64,000 nucleotides of DNA, from assembly GCA_965279035.1 (NCBI GenBank), contig OZ257142.1:3392001-3456000 (forward strand), read 5' to 3'. The position numbers and the translations under genes are program-made. This document shows positions 1 to 9,373 of the stretch, piece after piece (the stretch's first letter is position 1; every line of letters starts with the position of its first letter). The notes beneath the pieces were generated by a model. It worked only from the letters and a program-made list of their open reading frames with translations. It searched no databases and had not been told where the DNA came from. This DNA is from Bacteroidia bacterium. Lineage in GTDB: Bacteria; Bacteroidota; Bacteroidia; M30B66.

Positions 1-45
1 TATATTTAATTCATACTAGAATATCATTATTAAATTCAATTTATT

Positions 46-507
46 ATGGCTAATACCTATTCCAAACTACTGGTCCACCTCATTTTTGTAGTTAAATACC
101 GACAAAGTTTAATTGCTAAAGATTGGAAAGATGAATTGTGCAAATACGCTACAGGAATCATAACTAATAAGCATCATAAATTAATTGCTATTAATTGCAT
201 GCCTGATCATATGCATCTTTTACTAGTTTATAATCCCGAAACCCGTTTGCCTGATATTGCTCGCGATCTTAAATCAAATACTTCGAGATTCATAAATGAA
301 ACTAAAAAGTGTAGAACTAGGTTCGAATGGCAAAGTGGTTATGCTGCATTTAGTGTTGGTCATTCGCAATTATCGATGGTTGCTAGGTATATCGAAAATC
401 AGGAGCTTCATCATAAAAAGAAAGCTTTTCGAAAAGAGTATCGAGAACTTCTTACTAAAAATGAAATTGAATTTGAGGAGCGGTATCTTTTTGTGGAACC
501 TGCTTAA
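46..507 (+). CDS. tnpA: Y1 HUH transposase, IS200/IS605 TnpA / REP-associated tyrosine transposase (RAYT)-like
   Basis: HUH motif MPDHMHLL, FEWQSGYAAFSV, catalytic Tyr in RYIENQ; 153 aa; REP-like palindromes immediately downstream. Confidence 0.9.
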   Translation: MANTYSKLLVHLIFVVKYRQSLIAKDWKDELCKYATGIITNKHHKLIAINCMPDHMHLLLVYNPETRLPDIARDLKSNTSRFINETKKCRTRFEWQSGYAAFSVGHSQLSMVARYIENQELHHKKKAFRKEYRELLTKNEIEFEERYLFVEPA

Positions 508-546
508 AAGTTTATTCAAAACTGAATTAGGAAAGGGTGATTGGGG

Positions 547-674
547 CGGAGGTGCTGGGAGTGGCTTGGGTGACAGATATGACGCCCCGATGGGGCTGGT
601 GGAGGGGCGTTGATTGAATCGGAGGTGCTGGGAGGGAGTTGGGTGACAGATGCCGCCCCGATGGGGCTGGTGGA
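547..674. repeat. REP-like doublet: two ~55-bp direct copies (547-603, 620-674), each with hairpin GCCCCGATGGGGC
   Basis: cggaggtgctgggag..ttgggtgacagat..cgccccgatggggctggtgga occurs twice at 73-bp spacing, 40 bp after the tnpA stop. Confidence 0.8.
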
Positions 675-737
675 AAAATAGAGAATACGTGAACCTCTTT
701 TTTGGCGTTGCATAAGAGCGAACGAAACCCTTTCCTT

Positions 738-1688
738 ATGTCGATCCAAATTCAAGTACCTCAGCCTTGCCATGCTTCTTGGGATAAAATGTCTCCGCAG
801 CCAGATGGCCGTCATTGCAAATCATGCGATAAAGTAGTTGTTGATTTTAGTCGGATGAATGATGAAGAAATCAAAGATTGGTTTCGTAAAAAAGAAGGAG
901 AAAAGGTGTGTGGCCACTTTCGGGTAGATCAGGTAAAACGTTTGCAGATTGTAGTAAAACCAAAAGAATTTAAGCAGTTAGGATGGTCGCCAGTACAAAT
1001 GTTTCGGGTGGCCATTTTTTTGGTGTTTTTCTCAAGTTTATTTAGTTGCAGTCCGAACCCAGAAAATGGAGGTGCTATGACCGAAATTGTAATTGATGAA
1101 CAAAAAAATCATGCTGATGGAGTAAGTGGATTGATGTTAAGTCCTCCCTTAGAAATTGATACACCAATCACTCAAACTATCACTATTGAAACTATTACAG
1201 GAGATAGTATTTATCCAATTGACACGAGTCGCTACATCCCAATGGTGAATGGTGGTTTAACTGTTCCAACTGTTGAATCATGTGTTAAAGGCGAAGTGCG
1301 AAAAGTACCTGATGTAATTGAAAAGGACACTATTACCGAAAATTCATATATAAAAGGGAAAGTAATGCCTCCTTCTATGCTTAAACGCGAAGCTGAATTT
1401 CCTGGTGGAGCAAATGCCTTACAAAGATGGATTCTTCAAAATGCCCATTATCCCGAAGTGAATCGTGCACGAATGTTTCAGGGTGAAGTTGTTACCCTAG
1501 TAAGCATTTCGGACAAAGGAAAAGCGAGAATAATAAATTATCGTTCACCTGAAAATGTACCTGATTGTTTTCAGCGAGAAGTGGAACGTCTTTTAATTGA
1601 TATGCCTACATGGCAAGCTGCGATACTAAACGGAAAAAATGTAAATTCGGAAGTAGAAATTACCTTCCCATTTTCATTGGGAGATTAG
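738..1688 (+). CDS. Membrane-anchored protein with N-terminal Cys-rich domain and C-terminal TonB-C-like domain
   Basis: PCHASW..CKSC..VVDF..VCGHF N-terminus, hydrophobic segment ending LFSC, C-terminus AEFPGG..YP..WQAAILNGKNV..ITFPF; ATG 738 preferred over TTG 702. Confidence 0.7.
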   Translation: MSIQIQVPQPCHASWDKMSPQPDGRHCKSCDKVVVDFSRMNDEEIKDWFRKKEGEKVCGHFRVDQVKRLQIVVKPKEFKQLGWSPVQMFRVAIFLVFFSSLFSCSPNPENGGAMTEIVIDEQKNHADGVSGLMLSPPLEIDTPITQTITIETITGDSIYPIDTSRYIPMVNGGLTVPTVESCVKGEVRKVPDVIEKDTITENSYIKGKVMPPSMLKREAEFPGGANALQRWILQNAHYPEVNRARMFQGEVVTLVSISDKGKARIINYRSPENVPDCFQREVERLLIDMPTWQAAILNGKNVNSEVEITFPFSLGD

Positions 1689-1700
1689 AATTTCTGTACT

Positions 1701-2267
1701 ATGAAAACGGCAGCAAAAATTAAAGTTCCTCAACCTTGTTCACAGAATTGGAATAAGATGCCTATCCAAGATCAAGGGCGTTTTTGTAAACATTGTTCTC
1801 ATGTAGTAACCGATTTTACTCGTATGAGCGATGAGGAAGTTGTTCGATTTTTAGTTCAACACAAGAACGAAAAAGTATGCGGACATTTTCGGAACGATCA
1901 GTTGAGTCGCCTAAAAATTACTGTTACACCAGCTCAGTTGCAATCGGTAAACTGGACAGTTCTTCAACAAGTTCGAATTGCTATTTTTCTCGTTTTTGCT
2001 AGTACCTTATTTAGTTGTACGCCGACAGATTCGAAACAACAGGCGCCTGAAATTGTGATTGAGAAATCCGATTCAATTGATTTAAAATCAAGCGATAATT
2101 CGATTCCGCATTCAGTTCAATTGCAGGATACACTTCGTAACAAAAATAAAAAACGTTCAGTCAAAATTCAGGATAATGAAATAGAAGTGATTAGTGGAGA
2201 ACCTGAAATTTATGAAGTTACTTCTGGTGCACCCATGTTAGAAGTTGAGGTGGATACAATCAACTAA
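1701..2267 (+). CDS. Shorter paralog of the upstream Cys-rich-domain protein, without TonB-C domain
   Basis: VPQPCSQNWNKM..GRFCKHC..VTDF..EKVCGHFR..RIAIFLVF..LFSC aligns by eye with the upstream gene. Confidence 0.75.
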   Translation: MKTAAKIKVPQPCSQNWNKMPIQDQGRFCKHCSHVVTDFTRMSDEEVVRFLVQHKNEKVCGHFRNDQLSRLKITVTPAQLQSVNWTVLQQVRIAIFLVFASTLFSCTPTDSKQQAPEIVIEKSDSIDLKSSDNSIPHSVQLQDTLRNKNKKRSVKIQDNEIEVISGEPEIYEVTSGAPMLEVEVDTIN

Positions 2268-2291
2268 TCGAAATTTCTCAATTATTACCGA

Positions 2292-2384
2292 GCAGCAGGG
2301 ACAGCAGCGATTACCCCGCAGAGTATGCCTTCGCCGAAGGCTAGGGCATAATTGAGGAGTAAAAGCGAATGGCCCGGCCGCTGC
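2292..2384 (+). ncRNA. Structured intergenic motif, Flavo-1-like (copy 1)
   Basis: Closing stem GCAGC/GCTGC, core GGGACAGCAGCGATTACCCCGCAG-hairpin-GAGGAGTAAAAGCGAATGGCCC; similar copy at 40996-41087; family name from memory only. Confidence 0.5.
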
Positions 2385-2419
2385 ACTAGTGAATTTGAAA
2401 TAGAAAAATTTAAAAAATA

Positions 2420-2451
2420 AAAAAACCGGATGCAGCATTGCCGATCCGGTT
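2420..2451 (-). terminator. Intrinsic terminator downstream of the glutathione peroxidase gene
   Basis: AACCGGAT..ATCCGGTT stem followed by a T-run on the minus strand. Confidence 0.6.
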
Positions 2452-2468
2452 CATTTGGATTGGGTAAT

Positions 2469-3041
2469 TTATAAAGCAGAAGTAATGTCTTCGCTCATTG
2501 GTTTCACTGCTGAAGTATAAAACTTAAGCAACTTGCCATTTTCATCAATTAAATATTTGCAGAAATTCCAATTTGGAGCATCGTTGTTCCAACCATTGAG
2601 GTCTTTGGAACTTAACCATTTGTATATGGGAGCCATGTCAGCTCCTTTCACCGAAATTTTCTCCATCATTTGAAACGTAACACCGTAATTCTTTTGGCAA
2701 AAGCCCTGAATCTCGGTATTGGTTCCAGGTTCTTGTCCGCCGAAATTATTTGCAGGAAATCCTATGATACGCACTTTATCGCCATATTTTTCGTGAAGCT
2801 CTTGCAAGCCTGCATATTGAGGAGTATAGCCGCATTCGGAAGCTGTGTTTACAATGAGCACCTTTTTGCCTTTGAAAGTGCTAAAGTCGATTTCTTTCCC
2901 ATCGATGGCTTTTAACTTAAAATCGTAAAAGCTAGTAGCTGTTTTGGCTTCGGTTGTTTCCATAGTTTGAGGACGAGATTCTACACGGGCGCAGGAAGAA
3001 AACAAACTTCCAGCAATTAAAAGATAAAAAAGGTGTTTCAT
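2469..3041 (-). CDS. Glutathione peroxidase (Cys-type, lipoprotein)
   Basis: VLIVNTASECGYTPQY, GFPANNFGGQEPG, WNFCKYLID motifs; lipobox LFSSC. Confidence 0.95.
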   Translation of the reverse strand: MKHLFYLLIAGSLFSSCARVESRPQTMETTEAKTATSFYDFKLKAIDGKEIDFSTFKGKKVLIVNTASECGYTPQYAGLQELHEKYGDKVRIIGFPANNFGGQEPGTNTEIQGFCQKNYGVTFQMMEKISVKGADMAPIYKWLSSKDLNGWNNDAPNWNFCKYLIDENGKLLKFYTSAVKPMSEDITSAL

Positions 3042-3102
3042 GTTTTTTGAAATTCAACGTTAAAACATTTCCAATAGGACATTGTTCGTCAAATCGAAAA
3101 AA

Positions 3103-3516
3103 TTAAAAATTACTTCCTTGATAGGCATTCACTTTTGCACGCCATAAATCGGGAACAGCCATGCTCCGGTTTTCTTTGTAATGAAAACAAACAATGGCAC
3201 TTGTTCCTGTAGCTTTTAAAATAGGACCAGCATCACCATCGACTATAAAACGATAAGAAAACGTAATGCTCTTATTTCCAATGGCAGTGATTTCGGTTTC
3301 GATACGTAGCACATCATTGAAATAAATAGGAATGCGAAAATCCATGGTGTAGTTAGCTACAATCACTCCGGATTCGTTCCAGTTATGATTGGCACTGATT
3401 ACATCGTTGAAATAATGAACACGCCCCAATTCCATGTAGGTAGGAAATTTTGCGTTGTTGATGTGATTGAGCACATCGATATCGGAAAAGCGAATTTGAA
3501 TGGGCGTACTATGCAT
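3103..3516 (-). CDS. Acyl-CoA thioesterase (4HBT/YbgC hotdog family)
   Basis: IRFSDIDVLNHINNAKFPTYMELGR motif. Confidence 0.9.
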   Translation of the reverse strand: MHSTPIQIRFSDIDVLNHINNAKFPTYMELGRVHYFNDVISANHNWNESGVIVANYTMDFRIPIYFNDVLRIETEITAIGNKSITFSYRFIVDGDAGPILKATGTSAIVCFHYKENRSMAVPDLWRAKVNAYQGSNF

Positions 3517-5389
3517 GTTTTATAGGGTGATCGAGTTTCTCAAAAACAGAATTATTGCTTTTGTATTCAGGCACCATCGCCTTCATGAGAGAAACTATTT
3601 CAGCATTGTTTTGAGTTGAGAATAAATCAACCAATTCATCCACTTGCGCTTTCACTAAGGTATAATCAAATTCCTGAATCTTAGCACGCATAATTTGTGG
3701 ATGATGCGTTGGAAGTGTATTTTCTTGATCGTTTAGTAATTCTTCATACAACTTCTCCCCTGGTCGCAAACCTGTATAAACAATCTCAATATCTTTCCCT
3801 TCGGTAAGACCGTATAGTTTCAACATTTTCCTTACTAAATCGACAATCTTCACCGATTTACCCATATCGAAAATAAAAATCTCTCCACCCTGCCCGATTG
3901 TTCCAGCTTCTAGAACCAATTGACAAGCTTCTGGAATGGTCATGAAAAATCGTGTGATGTCGGGATCAGTAACGGTGATAGGACCACCACGTTCTATTTG
4001 ATTTTTGAAAATAGGAATGACCGAACCATTTGAGCCTAGCACATTTCCGAAGCGTGTAGTTACAAAACGTGTTTTACATACTTGTCCGAGCGATTGTACA
4101 TACATTTCTGCAATCCGCTTAGATGCACCCATTACATTGGTTGGATTAACGGCTTTATCGGTAGAAACCATCACGAATTTTTTCACTTCGAACTCAGCTG
4201 CTAAATCTGCCAAAATTCGTGTACCCATCACGTTTGTTAGAATGGCTTCTGAAGGATTGCTTTCCATGAGGGGCACATGTTTATAAGCAGCTGCATGATA
4301 AACCACATCGGGTCGAAAATGTTCAAAAACACGACGCATACGTTCTTCGCTACGAATGTCACCAATCACTACTTCAAATCCACGAACATTTAGTTCATCC
4401 AATAAAATCCGTTCAAGCTCATATAAAGGACTTTCGGCTTGATCTAAAAGAATGAGTTTTCCCGGCTTGAATGGAAGAATCTGTTTTACGATTTCACTTC
4501 CTATGGATCCAGCAGCACCACTCACAAGAACCGTTTTACCAGCTAAATCATCCCGAATTTTTTGTGAATCGAGACGGATTGGATCACGTTCAAGTAAATC
4601 GTTGATATTGATTTTCTTAATCTGCTTGAAACTCAACTCTCCATTTATCCAACTTTTTACCGGTGGCACATTAAACACTTTGGTATTATTCGATAAACAA
4701 AGTTCAATTACTTCCTGTTTCCGTGCAGGTGGCAGATTTTCAATAGCAATGATTAGTAGTTTAATATCGTATTGTTCTAATAAATCTTTTAAGTCAGCTG
4801 AAGATCGAATACTAATTCCCTGAACTTTTTTTCCAATTTTTTGGGGATTGTCATCGATGTAGGATATGACTTTGTATTTCGCGCCGGCATCGCGCTCTAT
4901 TGCTCGCTTAGAGGTAAGTCCAGTATCACCAGCACCATAAATTAAAACTCGAGTTTTCTCTCTTCGATCTTTGCTGAACTCATAAAAAACTGACTTCATC
5001 AAAATCCTCGAAATTACCATCAGAAAAAATGTAAGAATGGCGTCGATGATGATAATTGAGAATGGAATCAAGTATTGTTGATGAACCCAATACATGATTG
5101 GATTCATTAAAAGAAAAAAAGTTGTGCCTAGCGATATTGAAATAAAAATCCGCTCAACATCTTTCGTATTGGTAAAACGAATGAGTCCACGATGCGTTTG
5201 AAATATGAGAGAAGAAATTGCTCTAACGACAATTACAACTGTGAAGATTAAAGGCATAGTGGCCTTTTCATCATCGGGAATATGAAAATTGAAGCGCAAT
5301 AAAAAAGCAGCCCATATAGAAATAAAGCAAGTAATGAGATCACCTAAAAAGATAATCCATACTGGTGCATTATGTCGGTTTAACGCCAT
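3509..5389 (-). CDS. Polysaccharide biosynthesis protein CapD/PglF/WbpM-like (UDP-GlcNAc 4,6-dehydratase)
   Basis: N-terminal TM helices, IYGAG, GAAGSIG, HAAAYKHVP, STDKAVNPTNVMGASK, GLRPGEKLYEEL; ATG 5389 preferred over 5533. Confidence 0.93.
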   Translation of the reverse strand: MALNRHNAPVWIIFLGDLITCFISIWAAFLLRFNFHIPDDEKATMPLIFTVVIVVRAISSLIFQTHRGLIRFTNTKDVERIFISISLGTTFFLLMNPIMYWVHQQYLIPFSIIIIDAILTFFLMVISRILMKSVFYEFSKDRREKTRVLIYGAGDTGLTSKRAIERDAGAKYKVISYIDDNPQKIGKKVQGISIRSSADLKDLLEQYDIKLLIIAIENLPPARKQEVIELCLSNNTKVFNVPPVKSWINGELSFKQIKKININDLLERDPIRLDSQKIRDDLAGKTVLVSGAAGSIGSEIVKQILPFKPGKLILLDQAESPLYELERILLDELNVRGFEVVIGDIRSEERMRRVFEHFRPDVVYHAAAYKHVPLMESNPSEAILTNVMGTRILADLAAEFEVKKFVMVSTDKAVNPTNVMGASKRIAEMYVQSLGQVCKTRFVTTRFGNVLGSNGSVIPIFKNQIERGGPITVTDPDITRFFMTIPEACQLVLEAGTIGQGGEIFIFDMGKSVKIVDLVRKMLKLYGLTEGKDIEIVYTGLRPGEKLYEELLNDQENTLPTHHPQIMRAKIQEFDYTLVKAQVDELVDLFSTQNNAEIVSLMKAMVPEYKSNNSVFEKLDHPIKHA

Positions 5390-5444
5390 GTGCCAAATAT
5401 AACCAAATCTGCTGCCTTTTAGAAATTGGCAAGTTGTCAGTATT

Positions 5445-5580
5445 ACGATGTGCGATATACGACATAAGATTTTCGATATAAATGGAGGACAGGCATTAGT
5501 TTTCATTTGAATTAATGAAACGGAATTCACCAACCTAGCAGTTTTTTCGTATATCGTAAAGCGATGCGATCGTATATCGT
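5445..5580. repeat. Inverted arrays of degenerate 7-mers (ACGATAT-like x5 / ATATCGT-like x4)
   Basis: acgatgt gcgatat acgacat aagattt tcgatat (5445-5479) versus ttttcgt atatcgt .. cgatcgt atatcgt (5544-5580). Confidence 0.6.
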
Positions 5581-5609
5581 TTAAAAATTCAAAGTTTCGT
5601 GATTTTAAT

Positions 5610-5617
5610 TAGGTTTG
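5610..5617 (+). promoter_or_regulatory. Bacteroidota sigma-70 -7 box
   Basis: TAGGTTTG matches TAnnTTTG, 18 bp before ATG 5636. Confidence 0.5.
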
Positions 5618-5635
5618 CATTCCTTCAACCAGCTG

Positions 5636-6712
5636 ATGCGCGTATTATTCATTGTACCTTATCCAATAGGCAAAGCAGCCAGTCAGCGCTTTCGTTTTGA
5701 ACAGTATTTTTCTGCGCTTGATGAAAATAAAATTCAATACGAACTCAAGCCTTTTTTGACTGAAAAAATTTGGGATATTCTCTATTTGCCCGGTCGTTTC
5801 CCTCAAAAAGCACTTGCTATTTTTGGAGGACTTTTCAGGCGTTTCTTTTTATTATTTCAATTAGGAAAATACGATGTACTCTTTATTCATCGGGAAGCAA
5901 CGCCCATTGGACCTCCATTTTTCGAGTATTTCGCATCGCGTTGGTTGAAGAAAAAAATAATTTATGATTTTGATGATGCCATTTGGATTCCTAATTATTC
6001 GGAGGCAAATAGTGGCTTTTCCTTTTTGAAAGGCTATTCCAATGTAAAACATATTTGCAAATGGGCTTGGAAAATATCCTGTGGAAATCCTTATTTATGC
6101 GATTACGCTCGACAGTTTAATACACATGCTGAAATTGTTTTCAACCCAACTACAATCGACACAGTTCATTTACATAATCAGGTAAAAAATCAGGATTCTG
6201 GACGAATGGTCATTGGGTGGACTGGTTCACATTCTACTATTCGTTACTTACATGATCTCATACCAGTACTTCAAAAACTCGAAAAAGAAATTGATTTTGA
6301 TTTTGTGGTGATTTCTGATTTACCGCTCGAAGTGGAATTGAAATCACTCGTTTTCAGAAAGTGGAAAAAAGAAACTGAGATTGAAGATTTGATGGAATTC
6401 AATATTGGTGTGATGCCTTTGATGGATGATAAATGGGCTAAAGGAAAATGTGGTTTCAAAGCTCTGCAATACATGGCTTTAGGAATTCCAGCCTTGGTTT
6501 CTCCCGTGGGAGTGAATACCGATATTGTAGATGATGGAATAAATGGATACATCTGTTCAACACCCGAGAATTGGGAAAAAGCTTTGCGATTATTGCTAAG
6601 CGACCGAACTCTATTGAAACAGATTTCAATCAATACACGATCGAAAATCGAAAAAGCCTATTCGGTGAAATCCAATACGAATAACTTCCTTTCTTTACTC
6701 GGATACTCATGA
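5636..6712 (+). CDS. Glycosyltransferase family 4
   Basis: IYDFDDAIW, IGWTGS, GKCGFKALQYMALGIPALVSPVG; ATG 5636 preferred over TTG 5615. Confidence 0.9.
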   Translation: MRVLFIVPYPIGKAASQRFRFEQYFSALDENKIQYELKPFLTEKIWDILYLPGRFPQKALAIFGGLFRRFFLLFQLGKYDVLFIHREATPIGPPFFEYFASRWLKKKIIYDFDDAIWIPNYSEANSGFSFLKGYSNVKHICKWAWKISCGNPYLCDYARQFNTHAEIVFNPTTIDTVHLHNQVKNQDSGRMVIGWTGSHSTIRYLHDLIPVLQKLEKEIDFDFVVISDLPLEVELKSLVFRKWKKETEIEDLMEFNIGVMPLMDDKWAKGKCGFKALQYMALGIPALVSPVGVNTDIVDDGINGYICSTPENWEKALRLLLSDRTLLKQISINTRSKIEKAYSVKSNTNNFLSLLGYS

Positions 6713-8028
6713 AGAAGGTTTTAATACTGAGTTATTTTTTTCCTCCGTGCAACCTCACTGCTTCTCAACGAAGTTTAGGTTGGGCAAAATACCTCCGTGC
6801 TGAAGGTTGGGATCCTATCGTTATAACGCGCAATTGGGATATTCATATTGGACAACCCGACGATATGCATAAAGATTCGGGTACCGAAATTCATCACAAA
6901 AAACAAGATGGATATGAAGTGTATTACCTTCCTTTTAGAGGGAATCTGCGCGATCGATTGTATTCAAAGTATGGAAACACCCGTTACCGACTTCATCGCA
7001 AAGCATTATCTTTCATCGAACTCAGTGGTCATCATTTTCATACCTCGTTCATCCCTTTTTCGAATCTTTACCATTTTGCTTTAAAATATTGCCATGATCA
7101 TCCCGAAGTGGAAGCCATTGTAGTAACGGGAAATCCATTTGAGATTTTTCGATTTGGTTATAAGCTTCATCAAAAAACTGGCATTCCTTGGATTGCTGAT
7201 TACCGTGACGATTGGACCACAAGTGAAGTAAATGAGAATCGTGGATTTCTTGATTTCTTCCTGAAGGAAATGGAAAAAGGCAGTGAGAAAAAATGGATTG
7301 GAACAACACATTGTATTACATCTATTTCACCATTCTATGCCCAAAAAATTGGGGATTTTGTAGGAAAGCAAGGACATGTTTTGCTGAATGGATTTTTTGA
7401 AGAAGAATTAAACGGATTTCAAAACATTCCATTGGAGGAAAATTTTACCATCATTTATATAGGGATGTTGTATCCTTCTCAGCAGATTGAAATTTTTCTA
7501 GATGCTTTTAAAATGTTGGTGGAAAAGAATCCCGAAAGCCGTGATCGTATTCGATTAAGTTTTCCAGGGATTTTGTTTTTAAAGGATGTTGCCAAACGAG
7601 TTTGTGATTACATGAAAGGCTACGAAGATGTGGTACATTTAAGTGAACGTATTTCGCGTGATAAGGTGCTCGAACTTCAAGCAAAAGCACATCTATTATT
7701 GATGGTTTCACACAAAGGCGCGAAAGGAATTCCTTCAAGTAAAATATATGAATACCTAGGAATTGGCAGACCTGTATTGGTTTGTCCAGGTGACGATGAT
7801 ATTTTGGACGAAACTTTTTCTGCATATAATCTTGGACATATTGCCAATACTTCAGAAGAAGCATATCAGGTTTTACAAAAACTTTTCGATCGCTATCTTC
7901 AAGGACAATACTCTGAACTAAAAGCTGATTCGAATTACACTTCAAACTTTGCGCGATCTCGTCAAGCAAGTGTTTTAGCAAATTTGCTTAATGAAGCATC
8001 AGAAAAGTCCGGGCATTCCGGGGATTAA
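6709..8028 (+). CDS. Glycosyltransferase (GT4-like)
   Basis: KKVLILSYFFPP, IPWIADYRDDW, GIPSSKIYEYLGIGRPVL; ATGA overlap with the upstream GT. Confidence 0.85.
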   Translation: MKKVLILSYFFPPCNLTASQRSLGWAKYLRAEGWDPIVITRNWDIHIGQPDDMHKDSGTEIHHKKQDGYEVYYLPFRGNLRDRLYSKYGNTRYRLHRKALSFIELSGHHFHTSFIPFSNLYHFALKYCHDHPEVEAIVVTGNPFEIFRFGYKLHQKTGIPWIADYRDDWTTSEVNENRGFLDFFLKEMEKGSEKKWIGTTHCITSISPFYAQKIGDFVGKQGHVLLNGFFEEELNGFQNIPLEENFTIIYIGMLYPSQQIEIFLDAFKMLVEKNPESRDRIRLSFPGILFLKDVAKRVCDYMKGYEDVVHLSERISRDKVLELQAKAHLLLMVSHKGAKGIPSSKIYEYLGIGRPVLVCPGDDDILDETFSAYNLGHIANTSEEAYQVLQKLFDRYLQGQYSELKADSNYTSNFARSRQASVLANLLNEASEKSGHSGD

Positions 8029-8298
8029 TCCTCCAGCCATTGAACGCATTTCCGATTCATTAACACGTTCGGCTTGCTCCAATGCTCGGTTAACTGCAAC
8101 TTGAATCAAGTCTTCTAATTGTTCTGAATCTCCTAAGTCGAGTAATTCGGGGGAGATATTCACAGCGGTAACTTTCTTATTTCCGTTCATGTGAATTTTT
8201 ACTTTCCCTTGATCAGCATCACCTATTACTGTAATAGCTTCAAGACGAACTTTAATTTCGTCCATCCGCTTTTTCATTTCCATGAGTTTGTCGAGCAT
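7999..8298 (-). CDS. ybaB: YbaB/EbfC nucleoid-associated protein
   Basis: GKVKIHMNG..ISPELL..LEDLIQVAVNRAL..MAGGLIPGMPGLF. Confidence 0.9.
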   Translation of the reverse strand: MLDKLMEMKKRMDEIKVRLEAITVIGDADQGKVKIHMNGNKKVTAVNISPELLDLGDSEQLEDLIQVAVNRALEQAERVNESEMRSMAGGLIPGMPGLF

Positions 8299-8380
8299 TG
8301 TTCAAATTTTACAGCAAAACTAATCAATCAGAAATTGCAATGAGGCGTGTTTTTTCGATGGATATTTGCAAAAAACACAC

Positions 8381-8650
8381 ATGGAAGCAACGATTGATAT
8401 TAGTCTTTACCCTTTGGATGAAAAATATGCAACCATCATCAGCGATTTCATCCTTAAACTTAAGGATAACAAGGATTTACGTGTTGAAGTAAATGGACTA
8501 AGTACCCAACTATTCGGATCATACGATCATCTATTTGCCCTTCTTCAAACCAGTTTAAAGCCAGTATTGATGGAATATCCAGCAGTAGTTGTTTTGAAAA
8601 TTGCTCGTGGAATGCATACACGCGATGCTTTACCGGCAATTTTGAAATAG
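8381..8650 (+). CDS. Thiamine-binding protein family (YkoF/MTH1187-like)
   Basis: IDISLYPL..Y..II.DFI..L....LRVEVNGLSTQLFGSYD; ATG 8381. Confidence 0.75.
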   Translation: MEATIDISLYPLDEKYATIISDFILKLKDNKDLRVEVNGLSTQLFGSYDHLFALLQTSLKPVLMEYPAVVVLKIARGMHTRDALPAILK

Positions 8651-9373
8651 TATACCATAAAATGTCCTTTTGATGAGGTGAAAAATTCGAGCTTATCAAC
8701 CAAAACACTTATGAACAACAAGTGAATAACCTCAGAAAATAATTGAAATAATTGGATTTTAAAGGGCTTACAATCATTCTCTTCGGTTGAAAACCTAGTG
8801 CATATCGCGTTCAAAACTACCACACGATTTTTCTTGTTTAGTACCTGACTTTGTGCACCTTTGATACAGCAGATAACAACAACGTTCTTTAACACATAGG
8901 AAATTCAGTTTACTGAAAATCTCAAAAAAACAGCGAATGAAAATTTGCTGCACGATGTAAACCAAGATAAAGATCACCACGTGATTCCATTTTGGGGAAA
9001 AGGGCAACCGATTCTTTCATCTATGTGATTTCGGGAAGAATGTTTCTAAATGAAATGATAGAGCGCCATTCTCAAATTAAGTGTGTTGAAATACATATTT
9101 AGCTATCGTTTGGAAGAGCCCATCATGAATTTTAGATTTCATTGATAATTTGTTCTGATTTGAATGCTTGAAACAGCAATTAAAAAAGACAGAGGAGAAC
9201 GACCACAGCACAAACCAGGCTCTTTGAGAGTCGTGTGTCTAAAGATTAAGTTAAATGCTTTGCTGAATTGTTACGGCAAATCAGCTCGAAAACGGAAATT
9301 CTGGTCAAACAGGATTTCCGTTTTTTTTTTGCAATTATGTCAATTGAATGGAATGAAGTATTGAAATTCTCTA

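Noticed and set aside
296-815. ORFs 296-613 (+) and 516-815 (-)
   Set aside because: They overlap tnpA, the REP doublet and the next gene, and show no protein motifs
2469-3041. Selenocysteine glutathione peroxidase
   Set aside because: The active-site codon is TGC (Cys) and the frame is open
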